Assembly: GCF_036321535.1 (NCBI RefSeq)
Contig: NC_087437.1
Span: 56,918,001-56,982,000 of the forward strand
Length of the DNA stretch: 64,000 nucleotides
From: Camelus dromedarius
Taxonomy: Eukaryota
Direction: 5' to 3'
Part shown: piece after piece, positions 38,684-50,354 of the stretch
Position numbering within the stretch: position 1 is the stretch's first letter
How the letters are laid out: each line of letters opens with the position of its first letter
Notes under the pieces: model-generated
The model's database searches: none
Told to the model about the DNA's origin: nothing
The model's input: the letters and a program-made list of their open reading frames with translations, nothing else
Program-made: the position numbers and the translations under genes

Positions 38684-40804
38684 GTAACGATTCCTGCATC
38701 ATGACTCATGACTTACTTTGTCCTTAGAGTCAGTTGCAAGACACCCCTTTAAGTTTGTCTCTAAACTAGAGATGTTTAGATTTGTGGTGGAATTTTATCT
38801 TATCCAATGAATTCATCTGTTCTGTAGTTGGTTGACCAGGGCCATTTTTATGGCTGTTAAAACTTAAGTATGGTTTAGCAAGGTTTGGTGCGCATTCTTT
38901 TGCACTATTGCTACTTGGAATGCTGGATTACATTCTAAGCACATAAAAAGGGGTGTGAAAAATGTCACATGAGTCTGGGCTTGATCTTTCTCAAGGAAAT
39001 CTGGGCAGTACTGTTTAAAGCAGCAAAGTGGCACAGATAATAAAGGAGGTACACCATTTATCAGTTACTGGATAACACAGCTTTTTTTTTCACACTTCTT
39101 GCCTTTTAAACCTCAGCCGATGGGTTAGCCTGCTGATGACAAAGTTAAATTTTAAGATTCTCTGTTCATTTTTTGCTCTTGGTGCTTTCTTTTGCTGTGT
39201 GATTATCATATTGAAAAATTTCTGAGAGAGAAAAGTCCCTTCTCTAGTGCCTGCTTTTGCCGTGTGATGGTGGTGGTGATGGTGTGGTGGTGGCACTCAT
39301 GGTGGCGATTCTTTATCTTAACAGTGTGTTGGGAAATGAGTATTTGCAAATATTGTTCAGTCCTTTTTAAAGATCTGTCAAAGGAAACACATTTCCTATA
39401 GTTTTTAGTGTCAGTATTTATTGTAATTCAACTTATAGACCATACATGCTTAGGATACCAGCTAAATAAAATCTAAAAGCAGCTTCTGGAGAGTAAAGAT
39501 TTTAAGGTCAGTAATCCCAAAGCTCCCTGAAAATTCATTATCAATGGCTTTTCTATAATTTCATTATAAAAGGTAAGTAGGTGTTTGTCTTAGATGAGTA
39601 GAATGAAAGATCTCTATATGTAGACAGAATAATTAGAGTTCGAGTACAATCATGCAGTCACATTGTTCTAAAGCTATTGTTATCAGCAGAGCTCAGCCCT
39701 GTGACACAATTAGTAAGCAGGTTGATTGTCTATTTATTGCTTGGTGTGTTGTCCCGTATTTAAAATGCTCAGCTCTTTTTTGGTAGCCATTTTCCTTATG
39801 CTGGTTTTTCTAATCAAATCATGTGTTACATCGTTTAAAAAGAAAAATATTGCCATAGAGGTCAGAAGGTAAAGAGTTTCTCTTTAGCTTTTAATTAAAA
39901 TTGGAAATGTGGTCTGGTGGGGTTTTTTGTTTGTTTTTATTTGTAATTCTGCCTTAAAGACATGTTCGTTACAAATAAAAATAACCATTTTAAACTTTTG
40001 AGTCTAAAACCATTAGGGTAGTAAGTAAATTCAGTACAGTAAAGCACTGATTTTAGCATTCCTCTGTTAAGACTTTATACTAACTTGAATTGGGACTCAA
40101 ACCTGGTTGTTTTGACCAGAGTGCTGTCATCCTGATTCATCTCTCTAAACCACATTAAGAATTCAGTGGATTTTCAGGGAAACGTAAAAATTTTTTAAAT
40201 CTATGTTTAATTGCTTTTGTAAACTTTTGTAGAGAATGGCATACGTGCTACTTTTGTGGAGTTGGAAGGGACTGGGAATAGAAAACGGTGCCTTCCTGAG
40301 CTTGTGCGTGTAAAGTACTATTGGAATTTCTCTTCAGTTGCGGTTTGTTGGGAGATTATATATTGCTGAGCATGTGATCTTCATTTATATGCCTCTGAGT
40401 TCGACCAAGTTGAGTTCCCGCGAAGTCACACTGCAGTCCAGCTCGTACTCACAAAGCGTCCTGTCTTCTTTGCAGTGGTCCTTTCCCAACACGCTATTAG
40501 CAGACATTCTTTCATTGTACTTCTCTATCTTAATGTGTAATATGATTTTTGTCTGTCTTACATAATAATCCCAGCAAATAATTACAGATGTGATTGTTTT
40601 AGCTTTTATTTTACTTAAACTTTAATAAATTAATCTCTAAAATGATCATTTATAGATTTTCTACAAATTTGAAATTATCCAAAGGATCTATCAGATTTAT
40701 ATCAACTGAAATGGTGAATCTTATTCATTTATGAATCCATGTTTTTCTTTCAAAGCCTCTTACCTGTATCACAAGCATATTAGTGGGTTTTTTTTAAGTC
40801 ATGG

Positions 40805-41005
40805 TCCTTGGAGTCATAAGATCTTGATTCAAGTTCTGTCCCTTCCTTAGAAAACTTGTAATGGTAAGGAAGTTATCTACTACAAACAGTCAAAGTCTCT
40901 TTCTCATCTGTAAAATGGAGATCCTACAAATACATCCTTCAGGTGAATGATGAGAAGATTGAACAGTATAATTTTTCTGAAGATTCGATAAACTCTAAAG
41001 TGCTA
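40805..41005 (+). mobile_element. MIR SINE
   Basis: ttggagtcataagatcttgattcaagttctg...ttctcatctgtaaaatggagat. Confidence 0.7.
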
Positions 41006-43205
41006 TTATTTATACGTATATCAATGTAATATGTGTATAACATAGTATTTTGTCTATCTAAACAAAAATCAGTTTATTTTGGAAGATAAACATGGACGAA
41101 CACAAATAAAACGTTTACATATATATATGTGTATGTGTGCATGTATATATATGTATTGGTTATAAGGAAATTAAGTATATTTGCCAAATAACTTGGTCTC
41201 AAAAAACATGAAAGTCTCAGCCCTTAACTGGACAGGGTTTTAAAGGATTCAAACAGATTCCTCCACCCCTGTCTTTTTTTTTTTTTTTTTTCCTTTCCCA
41301 GGTTTAAAGATATAACAAGTGATGTAGACAATAAATATTTTTTTCCTGTAAACTATGTGAAAATGTAGTGACAGTTCTGTTCTAATTCTTGCAACACACT
41401 TTGCTAAAATAAAACTACTAATATCTGTTAACTTTTTAGAAAGAATTAAAAATAACAACAACAAAACAATCATAACTTCATAAATCCATGTCGAAAACAT
41501 ATTATCAACTGATAATGTTGTTTCTTTCTTGTTTCTCTTTGGGCCTAAAGGCAGACTTCATCACGGATACAGCTCACTGTGGGAACATTGGTGTTAACAC
41601 TGAACCACTGTTTCCTGGTTGTGGTCGTCATTTAAGTAGCTGGTCGGTATTCTGTTAATTCACGGCAGTAGTGAATTGATTCTTTCTCAGTTGTCAGTAT
41701 ACACTTAAAATAATAGTTTGGTTAAAAGAGTAGATACTTTTTTATTCCAGAGAGTAATTATTCTGTTTCATTTTTGCTTGAAGTAAAAATAATTTTTACT
41801 ATAAATTATGAAAATAAATGCCTTTACAGACTTTTTAGAGGACAGCTTTTAATTTTGATGTCACCTTTGAGGCAAATTTTCTTCGGAAAGCTCAAGAAGA
41901 AGCAACTTGCAGTTTTGAGTGGAAGCTTATGGCATCAGTGATGCGTTTAGCACATATCTCCCCTTCCTCTGTTCCTCTGTCAGATTCACAATAACAGTCT
42001 TTAACAAAAACAGAAAACCCAAACCAAAACAGCCCCCTCCAAAAAACACCAAACAAACCCTAATAACTAAGAAAATCTACAGTCATTTATTTTTTCTACA
42101 TCCTATCAAATTAGGGTAGCTGTTTCAAATGCAGTTCAGCAAAAGGCTAATTCTAGCAGGGAATCTTGGCTGTGTTAGCAATTTTCCATGGAATTTGGAT
42201 TTCTTTTTGTTATTTCCCAATGGTAGTCAAAGTCTTAGCAAATGTTAAAAGGAATATGCCCTTGCAGTGTGCATTGTTGATTTACTTACTTTGTTTTCAC
42301 AGTTTGCATGTTCCTAAATGGGACCTGACAGAAAAGCACCCATCTACGTGCTGTTCCTGAAGTTTATGTTAAACATAAGGACTTCTATATTTAGAATATA
42401 TTGTATTTTTATACATAGAATACAATATCATAAAGTTTTTTTTGAAATATGTCTAATTAGGAAGTGACTCCTTTTTATGTATTCCATTTGGGCATCTCTT
42501 CTTAATTTTTCCCTCCGCCAAACTTCAATTAAGATTAGGAGCAGAGTTATCCAAAGACAATAGGGTCATTTACTCACTAAAATTCTCCTTTACTCCATCC
42601 TCTTCCACGTTGAACTGACGTATGCCTGGGAGTGTTTGCTTTGGCCACTTAAAGGGAGAGGATGGAGGAAAACTAAAATCGGCAGATCATCTCTGGAACT
42701 AAGTAGACACTAGCAACGTTCTGATACAGATCAATTATTTCCGATAAGGATATTCTAAAGCCTTTGAAGTCACAAAGCTTACTTCTTTTTCTGTTTTCTA
42801 AGACTCCCTTAGCTCTCACTTCCCCTCCAAATACTAATACACTAGTTACAAAATAGTTTTATAAATAGAATTTAACATTTTAATGACTGGAACTTTTGTT
42901 ATTGGCAAATATCAAAGTACCATGTTGGCTTTTCCCTAATCATGATCAAGCTTTTCTTTCAGATTTACTTCACTCAATTTCGTTTTAGTTTTTTCCCTGT
43001 CTGGCTATGTGCTCAGAATCCTTCGTGTGTGCCTGGACCACTCCAGTAAATGCTCGCCCCTTCTTTTCAGTTTGTTAACTGGGAAAAGTAGTCTTCTCCA
43101 TTGTTACATGGTAGTCTTGGGCCCTGTCTCTCTCACGTAGACAGTTCGCACTCTCAATAAGTTAACCTGCATTTCTATTTTTCACATTCCTCCACCTCCA
43201 CTCAG

Positions 43206-43733
43206 ACCAGCCACGGTCAAGGAGGGCAAGGGAGTTGGGTTCTGGAGCCTCAAGGCCTTGTAGACTCCAAAGTGATGGAAAGACTGCGAAGCAGCGGAAG
43301 GAGGAGTCCAGACACCCCCAGGAGAACTTGGAAGAACCAGAAGAGCCTTGTTCATCAGAGAGATCTCTGTCGTCCTCTAGCTCGGGTAGAGCGAGGGACA
43401 ATCCCCAAATGAACCCTGAGCAGCGCGACAAGAGCCAGCCCGGCCACGAGAGGCAGCGGAGACCCCCTCTTCCCAGAGTCAGTGGTGAGGTGTTTCTGAG
43501 CACCAAGCAGGACGACTGGGAGGCTAACCACAGCCGTCAGACTCGGAATTGGGAAAAGAAGTCCCGCCACCAGGACCACCTTTCTCCCGAGTCCTCACAG
43601 AAAGCAGGGCTTCACTGCAAGGAAGCCGTATGTGGGAGGGGCCGTGGGCGAGGTGAGCACAGAGGAAGGAAGCGCAGGCCCAGGACTCCTCCCTTCTCAC
43701 AGAGTGAGGAGCGGCTCCCGCTCCACGACACAG
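43206..43733 (+). CDS. CCDC50: CCDC50 exon 6 (528 nt; alternative cassette exon of the long isoform)
   Basis: ccactcag|AC CAG CCA CGG...GAC ACA G|gtaatg; 176 codons, phase 1/1, open throughout (ORF 43235..43852 in the track); similar to the human long-isoform insert (SRPCRLQ, SGEVFLST, SSQKAGLHCKE, RPRTPPFS). Confidence 0.93.
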
Positions 43734-44239
43734 GTAATGAAGGACAGTCTCGTTGCAAGTCCCGGTATCCTGTATATACATACAAACAAGTGTATTTACT
43801 AAGCATCTTAAGCAGCCTGTTCTTTCTCTCTGGTTTATGCTCATGGCTTTGAAATAAATCCTAGAGCCAAATACTACAAAAGGTATTTACTTAATTTCAG
43901 ATCTCAAGGAGGAAAATATTCGTACCTTTTCCCTTCTGCCTTCTGAGAGAGTACTCTTGACTCCTGACAAGGTTCCTCCAGCCCTGGATTGCAGTGGAGG
44001 TGCCCGTCCCAGATACAGTTCTTAATGTGCCAAGACCATACCTCGGCGATTCTGATACCCAATCAATGCTCTTGAATTTCTGGTTTTAATTCTGTGAACC
44101 CAGAAGCCTGGTGACATGGCCTTTGTAGTATTTACCTAACTAAAAGACCAGTAGGTCCGGAAGGACTGCGTGTTCTTGACCTCATCTTTCCCATCTGTAA
44201 CGTGAGAGGTTGGCTAGGCACCTCTTCAGACAGTGTGTC

Positions 44240-44408
44240 TTCCATTTGTGAGCCTCAGCTTGTCTTCATCAGAATTAGCCGGGCTGCTTCCTAAAAATGC
44301 AGATTTCTGAGCCTACATACATTGCCGCCTCTGGAGTGCCTGGCGTTCGGGCTCGTTTTAGACCTGGAGGTGGTTCTTAGGGACTTAAAGTTTGAGAATG
44401 GTTGCCCT
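44240..44408. mobile_element. MER5A-like hAT-Charlie element
   Basis: catcagaattagccgggctgcttcctaaaaatgcagatttctgagcc...aggtggttct...taaagtttgagaa. Confidence 0.65.
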
Positions 44409-46579
44409 GAGTGACTTCCTGGGCTTTAATCTTCTTCAACTCTTCATCGACAGTTGGTGTTCTGAAGTGCCGGTATCAGGTGAGTTCTTGATACTTGTTC
44501 AGGAATGAGGTAAATGTTAGATGTAAGCGTCAAGTTTCTGGACTCTGAAGTCCAGAACCGACCCAGTGATGGTTCTCGCTGTCCTTGTCTGGGAACCGCC
44601 ACTGTGACGGTCTCCATGTGGCTGCACCACTCAGGTCAGAGCGCTGCACGTCCGGTACTCTAGTTAGACCATGCTCGTCTCCCTGGTTCTGTCTCGCTCT
44701 TACTGGAGGTTTACAGAGGTGCAGGGGTCATTGGGAAGGGAGTACCAAGGAGGCGCCTGTTTTTACTTCCCCCATGCTTTTGCCCGGCCAGCCTCGACTT
44801 CTGGTCTGGAAAGTGGGTTCTGGGTTGCAGGTTCAGGTTGATTCAGTCGGTTCTTCCTGTCAAGCTGTCTCTCCCTATCCTGTTAGTCCTTAAAGGCTTA
44901 TAAATGACTTGGTGACAAAGAACATGAAAGTTCAGTTCAGCAGGCCGTATCAGGTTTCTGCCACAAATACACTTGCCTCACAGGCTTTATGTTTGGGGAT
45001 TTTTGCTTGGATCTGAGCCTCAGAAGCTTTGTAAGTCAAGCCAAAAAGATGAATATGTAAACAAGCAATTGCAAATTAGATACACTTTGAACAAAGAACT
45101 GTGGAGCAACAGAGGAGGAAGTGATACAATCTACCTGGAATTGACCTTATGTGTAAATTACACTCTATCCAGATTTAGAAAGACTTGTTGAAGTCTAAAA
45201 GGCATGGGGGAGGAGTGGTGATTACATCTACCACTGCATTTCGGATTCTGTGAATCTGACCTCATACGTGTGCTCTGAGGGCTGGGTAACCTTTATGGCT
45301 TTTAGTTATGCTTGAGAGTATCTTAAACAGGCTTAGAAAAGCTTATGAAACAAACACTGACTCACAGACCCTACTACTGGAGTTGTAGGCAAATGTTTTG
45401 CTTCTTTTATTTTAATAGCATAAGGTTTAAAAACCAATGTGACTAGGTAGGTACTAAAATGGTTACAACAGAGCTGCTGGTGTCTGTAATTTTATATCCA
45501 ACTTACTTTGCAAATTTTACCCACGTAGGCCTGTAGGCATTTGATTTTGTTACCTCCACCCCCATAGGTAAGGGGATTACATTAAAATATAGTTACTCAG
45601 TGCCTGTCCTTGCTGTTGTAAATGCACAATTCTTAAAGTTGTTAGCATAAGCCAAAGTTTTATTTAACTTATTAATAAGGAAAGAGCTAGTTCTAAGAGC
45701 ATTGATTTTTCAGGACAGGGTTTTATAATCAGTTGAAAAAGGGATACAAAATGAAATTGCTAAATTAAATGTAAGATTGATTAATTTTCTAAAGGGCAGT
45801 AATACCATGCCACCTTTGAGGGTAACATCTCTATTGAGCTATTAAATTGTAACAAGCTTATTAACTTTCTGTAGGTTAACTTCCAGCCTCTCAGAACCAT
45901 AAAACACTATTCTGCTATGACATTCCGCTCGTGTCAGGCTGGCTTTTTACGAAATACTCTTTTATGATTATTAAAGGATCCATGTGTCATTTTACCCTGT
46001 TCCAAGCTTGGAATAAGCTTATCTTGAATATCAGTACTTTCAACACTTTTATCTTACTTTATCAGAATTTCTTTAAAGGTAAGCTTTCCTTTGTGTTTAT
46101 TGGTGGGGGTTGGATTCTTGTGTCCTCAAACTGAAGAATGATGAACAGAAAAATACAAGTAAGAATTCTATTAAGAAATGAACGTGGAACTGTTGAAAAT
46201 ATGGCTCACCTGGTTCTCTGAAAGCTAGTTTCCAGATTATGTTTAGGCCACCAAAATGAAGACAGCCACTTTCATTAATTTCTTTCAGTTAACTATATTT
46301 AGTACCATTTTAAAGCATCTCTTTTCTGTAATGACAGCCCTACACTGCACTAACTGAAGTTCCTTCTTAGACACTTCTGAAAGCTCTTTTCACCTATGGT
46401 ACGAAGGATAGTGCGTTTAGTGGGCAGCCCTGTCAGTCCAGAAATCTGATATTCCAGGCTATAGAGATTCTCTGCTTACGAGACATGCAAGTTTCAAAGC
46501 TATGTCCAGATTTCAGATAAACTCTTCTTTTTCCTTCTAAATATTTGGGACGTAGGCAGATATTACTCTAATTTTAACT

Positions 46580-48145
46580 GTTAATTTATATTGGGTTACA
46601 GTTGACTATAACATATTAGTTTCAAATATGTAACATATTAATTTGATATTGGTGTATATTGCAAAATGATCACTACAGTAAGTCTAGTTAACATCCATCA
46701 CCACACATAATTACACATTTTTTTCCTTGTGATGAGAACTTTTACGATCTATTCTCTTAGCAACTTTCAGATACACAGTGTGATACTTGGTCTTATAATA
46801 CAATGCATCCTCATGACTTACTTATTTTTTAACTGGAAGTTTGTACGTTATGACTCCCTTTACCCATTTTGCCTGCCCCCACCCCCTCCTCTAACCACCA
46901 TAAATCTGTTCTCTATATCTCTGAGCTCAGGGTGTTTTTGGTTTTTTCATTTTGTTTTGTTTTAGATTCTACATATAAGTGAAATCAAATGGTATTTGCC
47001 TTTGTCTGACTTATTTCACTTAGCATGATTCCTTCCAAGTCCAACCCTGTTGTCACACACGGCAAGTTTTAATTTTTTTATGGCTGAATAACATTCCATT
47101 GTATGTATATGTGTGTGTGTATACATATATTATATATATATTTTATGCTACATTTTCTTTATTCATCCATCAGTGGACACTTAGGTTGTTTCCATGTTTT
47201 GGCTATTATAAATAATGATGCAGTGAACACAGGGTGCATGTATCATTTTGAGTTAGTGTTTTCATTTTCTTCAGATAAATACCCAGAAGTGAAATGACTG
47301 GATCTTATGGTAATTATATTTTTTAAATTTTTTGAGGAACTTTCATAGTGTTTTTCATAGTGGCTGCATCAATTTACATTCCCACCAACAGTGTAGAGGA
47401 GTTTCCTTTTCTTCACATCCTTGCCTACACTTATTATTTTTTGTCTTTTTAAAAATAGTTATTGTAATAGGTGTGAACCATGATACCACATTGTGGTTTT
47501 AATTTGCATTTCCCTGATGATTAGTGATGTTGAGCACCATTTCATATCCCTGTTGGCGAGCTGTATGTCCTCTTTGGAAAAATGTCTGTTGAAATTCTCT
47601 GCCCATTTTTCAATCAGATTATTTGGGTTGTTTTTTTTGTTTGCTTTTTTTGCTGGTGAATTGTATGAGTTCTTTACATATTTCCGATGTTAACCCCTTA
47701 TCAGATAAATAATGAGCAAATATTTTCTCCCATTCTGTAAGTTGCCTTTTTATTTTGTTGATGGTTTCCTTTGCTGTGCATAAGCTTTTTAGTTTGATGT
47801 TGTCCCACTTGCTTCTTTTTGTTTTTGTTGCCTTTGCTTTAGATGTCAAGTCCAAAAAAAATTATCTCCAGGACCAGTATCAAGGAGCTTAGTGCCTATA
47901 TTTTCTTTTAGCTGTTTTATTGTTTCAAGTCTTTAATCCACTTTGAGTTCATTGTTGCATATGACATAAATTAGTGGTCAAATTTCATTCTTTTGTATGT
48001 GGCTGTCCAGTTGTCCCAGTAGCATTTATTGAAGAGATGGATTTCTCCATTGTATATTCTTGTCTTCTTTGCCAGAAATTAATTGACCATATATACACGG
48101 GCTTATTTCTGGGCTCGCTGTTTTGTTCCATTGATCCACGTATCA
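46580..48145 (-). mobile_element. LINE-1 3' portion (L1MA-like; ORF2 C-terminus plus 3' UTR), antisense to the gene, decayed
   Basis: Minus ORF 47619..47855 ([47 protein letters not shown]) is a clear L1 ORF2p C-terminal homologue; typical L1MA 3' UTR follows. Confidence 0.93.
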
Positions 48146-49545
48146 TTCTCTTTTTAGCTGCCAAGAGTTCATAATCTTATCACCCTGTCAAACCAATTAA
48201 GTCTCTTCATTTGACCGTTTCATTTGAATGCCTTCCAAGCATCTTTGATAGATACTAAAACAAAGCATTTTCTCAGTTAATTCTGTGGTGTGGAGAGGAG
48301 GCATAATAGTGGGAAAAGTTTAGTTCTTGAAATCTGGGCACATTCCACTCTTTCTTTTACCAGATGGCAGAATTGGAGGAGCAAGGCAAAATTGTGATCT
48401 CTCCTATAGTCCTCAGTTACACTTTGGCTGCTCATGGAATTGTCATTTTTCTGTAGATAGGCATGTGGTATAGCAACCTGTCTTGTCCACTGACTTTGCC
48501 CAGTGCCAGCTTTCCTACCTGATTTCATGTGTTTTTCCCTGAAATCTTCCTTTCTAATTGTGACCAAGCTGATCATAACCCAAGGCAGTTTATCCACTCT
48601 TGGGAGTATGCCACTGTTTCCTGACTGTCCCAGACCACTCAGAGAGCTGGGTTAAAACCAGCCCTGCTCAGTGTTAAGATTCAGTGGCTCTAGAGATGGT
48701 ATGAAGTGGATTCCGTATTCTGGGTGATCAGGTGCCAATAGGCCTGCAGCTAAGAAAGTCAGGTTTAATAGTCTGCATTTGTGGGTAAAGCAGATGAGTC
48801 TGTGGCTTTTGGATTTAACCACACAACTGGGTTTAAAGCTCTACAAAGGGAGGCTTCACCAGATAACCTAAACTCTTCATTTGCCCAGAATTTAGATGTA
48901 TTTTCTTTTCTCTCCTTTTTCCTCTTCTGTTTAAAGCAAGTGAATCGTGTCGTGAAACATTCTGATGAAAAATGTTTTCACATACAGTTATTTTGATGGA
49001 CATAATACATGAAACTAGTAGTACCAATCGTTACCGCAATTGAGAGTCAACTAATAAGATTTAAAACAAACTACGAAACCGGGGCCCCTGGGTGGTTAAT
49101 AAGTACCGTCAAGAGCTCCCCAGTGGTGCTGTGTGTCCCTCTGAAGCAAGGTGTGCGGGGCTGAGTCAGCGAGAGGAAAGCCTCTCATCTCCTCCAGCCT
49201 TGACAGTCTCTTTAAGACTCCATCTAACTTTCTTTTCTCTAAATTCTTTTTATTTCAGGGACTTAATCTTTTTCACTTCTTTTCCAAAAGCCTTTCTTAC
49301 AGTTCCTTATATGATTTTCTCCTGTTGGAGAAGCTGTGTGAGGGGAAGTTATTACCAGGCAGACTTTGTCTAAATGTCTGGATTATCTGCATCACTACTT
49401 ACATGGCTAGGGGAGAATTATTTCCAGCCCACCCAACACTGAATTTTGGACTGCAGTTTTTCACTGTTAAATACTTCCTTATCTTAAATTTTGCAGCTTT
49501 TCAGAAAACACACTCCGTTGCCTTATTACACTGAGTTTTTCCTAG

Positions 49546-49661
49546 GAATGAAGCCCAGAGTGATGAAAGACGCTGTCTCTACTCCGTCACGGGCGACCCA
49601 CAGGGATCAGGAATGGTATGATGCTGAAATTGCCAGAAAACTGCAAGAAGAAGAAATTTTG
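49546..49661 (+). CDS. CCDC50: CCDC50 exon 7 (116 nt)
   Basis: ttcctag|GA ATG AAG CCC...ATT TTG|gtgagc; encodes (G)[38 protein letters not shown]. Confidence 0.96.
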
Positions 49662-50098
49662 GTGAGCAAACTTTAATGCAAAATTTTAGGTGAATCCATA
49701 GGTTTTTTGTGAATTGAATCAATCTTGCATTATTTACTGAGCTTTACAGTCCTCTGTCTTGTTGAGAAACTGATACCTTTTTTTAATGGTGAAAAAATCA
49801 AGATACCAGGAATCGAGGGTCCAGTTTTAGTTACTGAGTCAACGTTAACCACAGAACTCCATATCCCTGGTTCTCCATTATTGAGTTCTGATAATTCTCT
49901 GAGAGTCTGCTGCTGGATTTGATAAAAAGAGACCCCGCTCTGGCTAATGAAAGTATACCCACCGATTATCAACTTCAGGGATGTTAATCACAACTAGTTT
50001 CAAATACCAGTTTATTTTTATGTAAGATTTTTTTTTAATGGACAATGTAGAGTCCAACTAAATTATACTTTTTTTTTTTTGTATTTTCTGTACCATAG

Positions 50099-50143
50099 GC
50101 TACCCAGGTGGACATGAGAGCAGCTCAGGTGGCTCAGGATGAG
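50099..50143 (+). CDS. CCDC50: CCDC50 exon 8 (45 nt)
   Basis: taccatag|GCT ACC CAG...GAT GAG|gtgagt; encodes ATQVDMRAAQVAQDE. Confidence 0.95.
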
Positions 50144-50249
50144 GTGAGTTCATGTTTGTTCATTTGTTCAGCTGGTATTCTTTCAAAGCATCCCAGTAAT
50201 TTTCCACCTGTAAGCCTGCAGTCGGTGACACTGACTGGGTTTTGTTTAG

Positions 50250-50354
50250 GAAATCGCTAGACTTCTAATGGCTGAAGAAAAGAAAGCTTACAAGAAAGCC
50301 AGAGAGCGGGAGAAATCATCGCTGGACAAAAGGAAGCATGACCCCGAGTGGAAG
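50250..50354 (+). CDS. CCDC50: CCDC50 exon 9 (105 nt)
   Basis: ttgtttag|GAA ATC GCT...TGG AAG|gtaggg; encodes [35 protein letters not shown]; the preceding intron is only 106 nt. Confidence 0.96.

Noticed and set aside
43162..43844. Several minus-strand ORFs opposite exon 6
   Set aside because: Shadow ORFs caused by the GC-rich, stop-poor coding exon on the plus strand.
43734..43852. Open frame continuing past the exon 6 donor (similar read-throughs after exons 7 and 11)
   Set aside because: Canonical donors are present and the read-through peptides are low-information intronic sequence; no evidence for alternative terminal exons.
47619..47855. L1 ORF2-like ORF as an active retroelement or domesticated gene
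   Set aside because: Only a short 3' fragment with surrounding stops and deletions; no ORF1, endonuclease or RT core.
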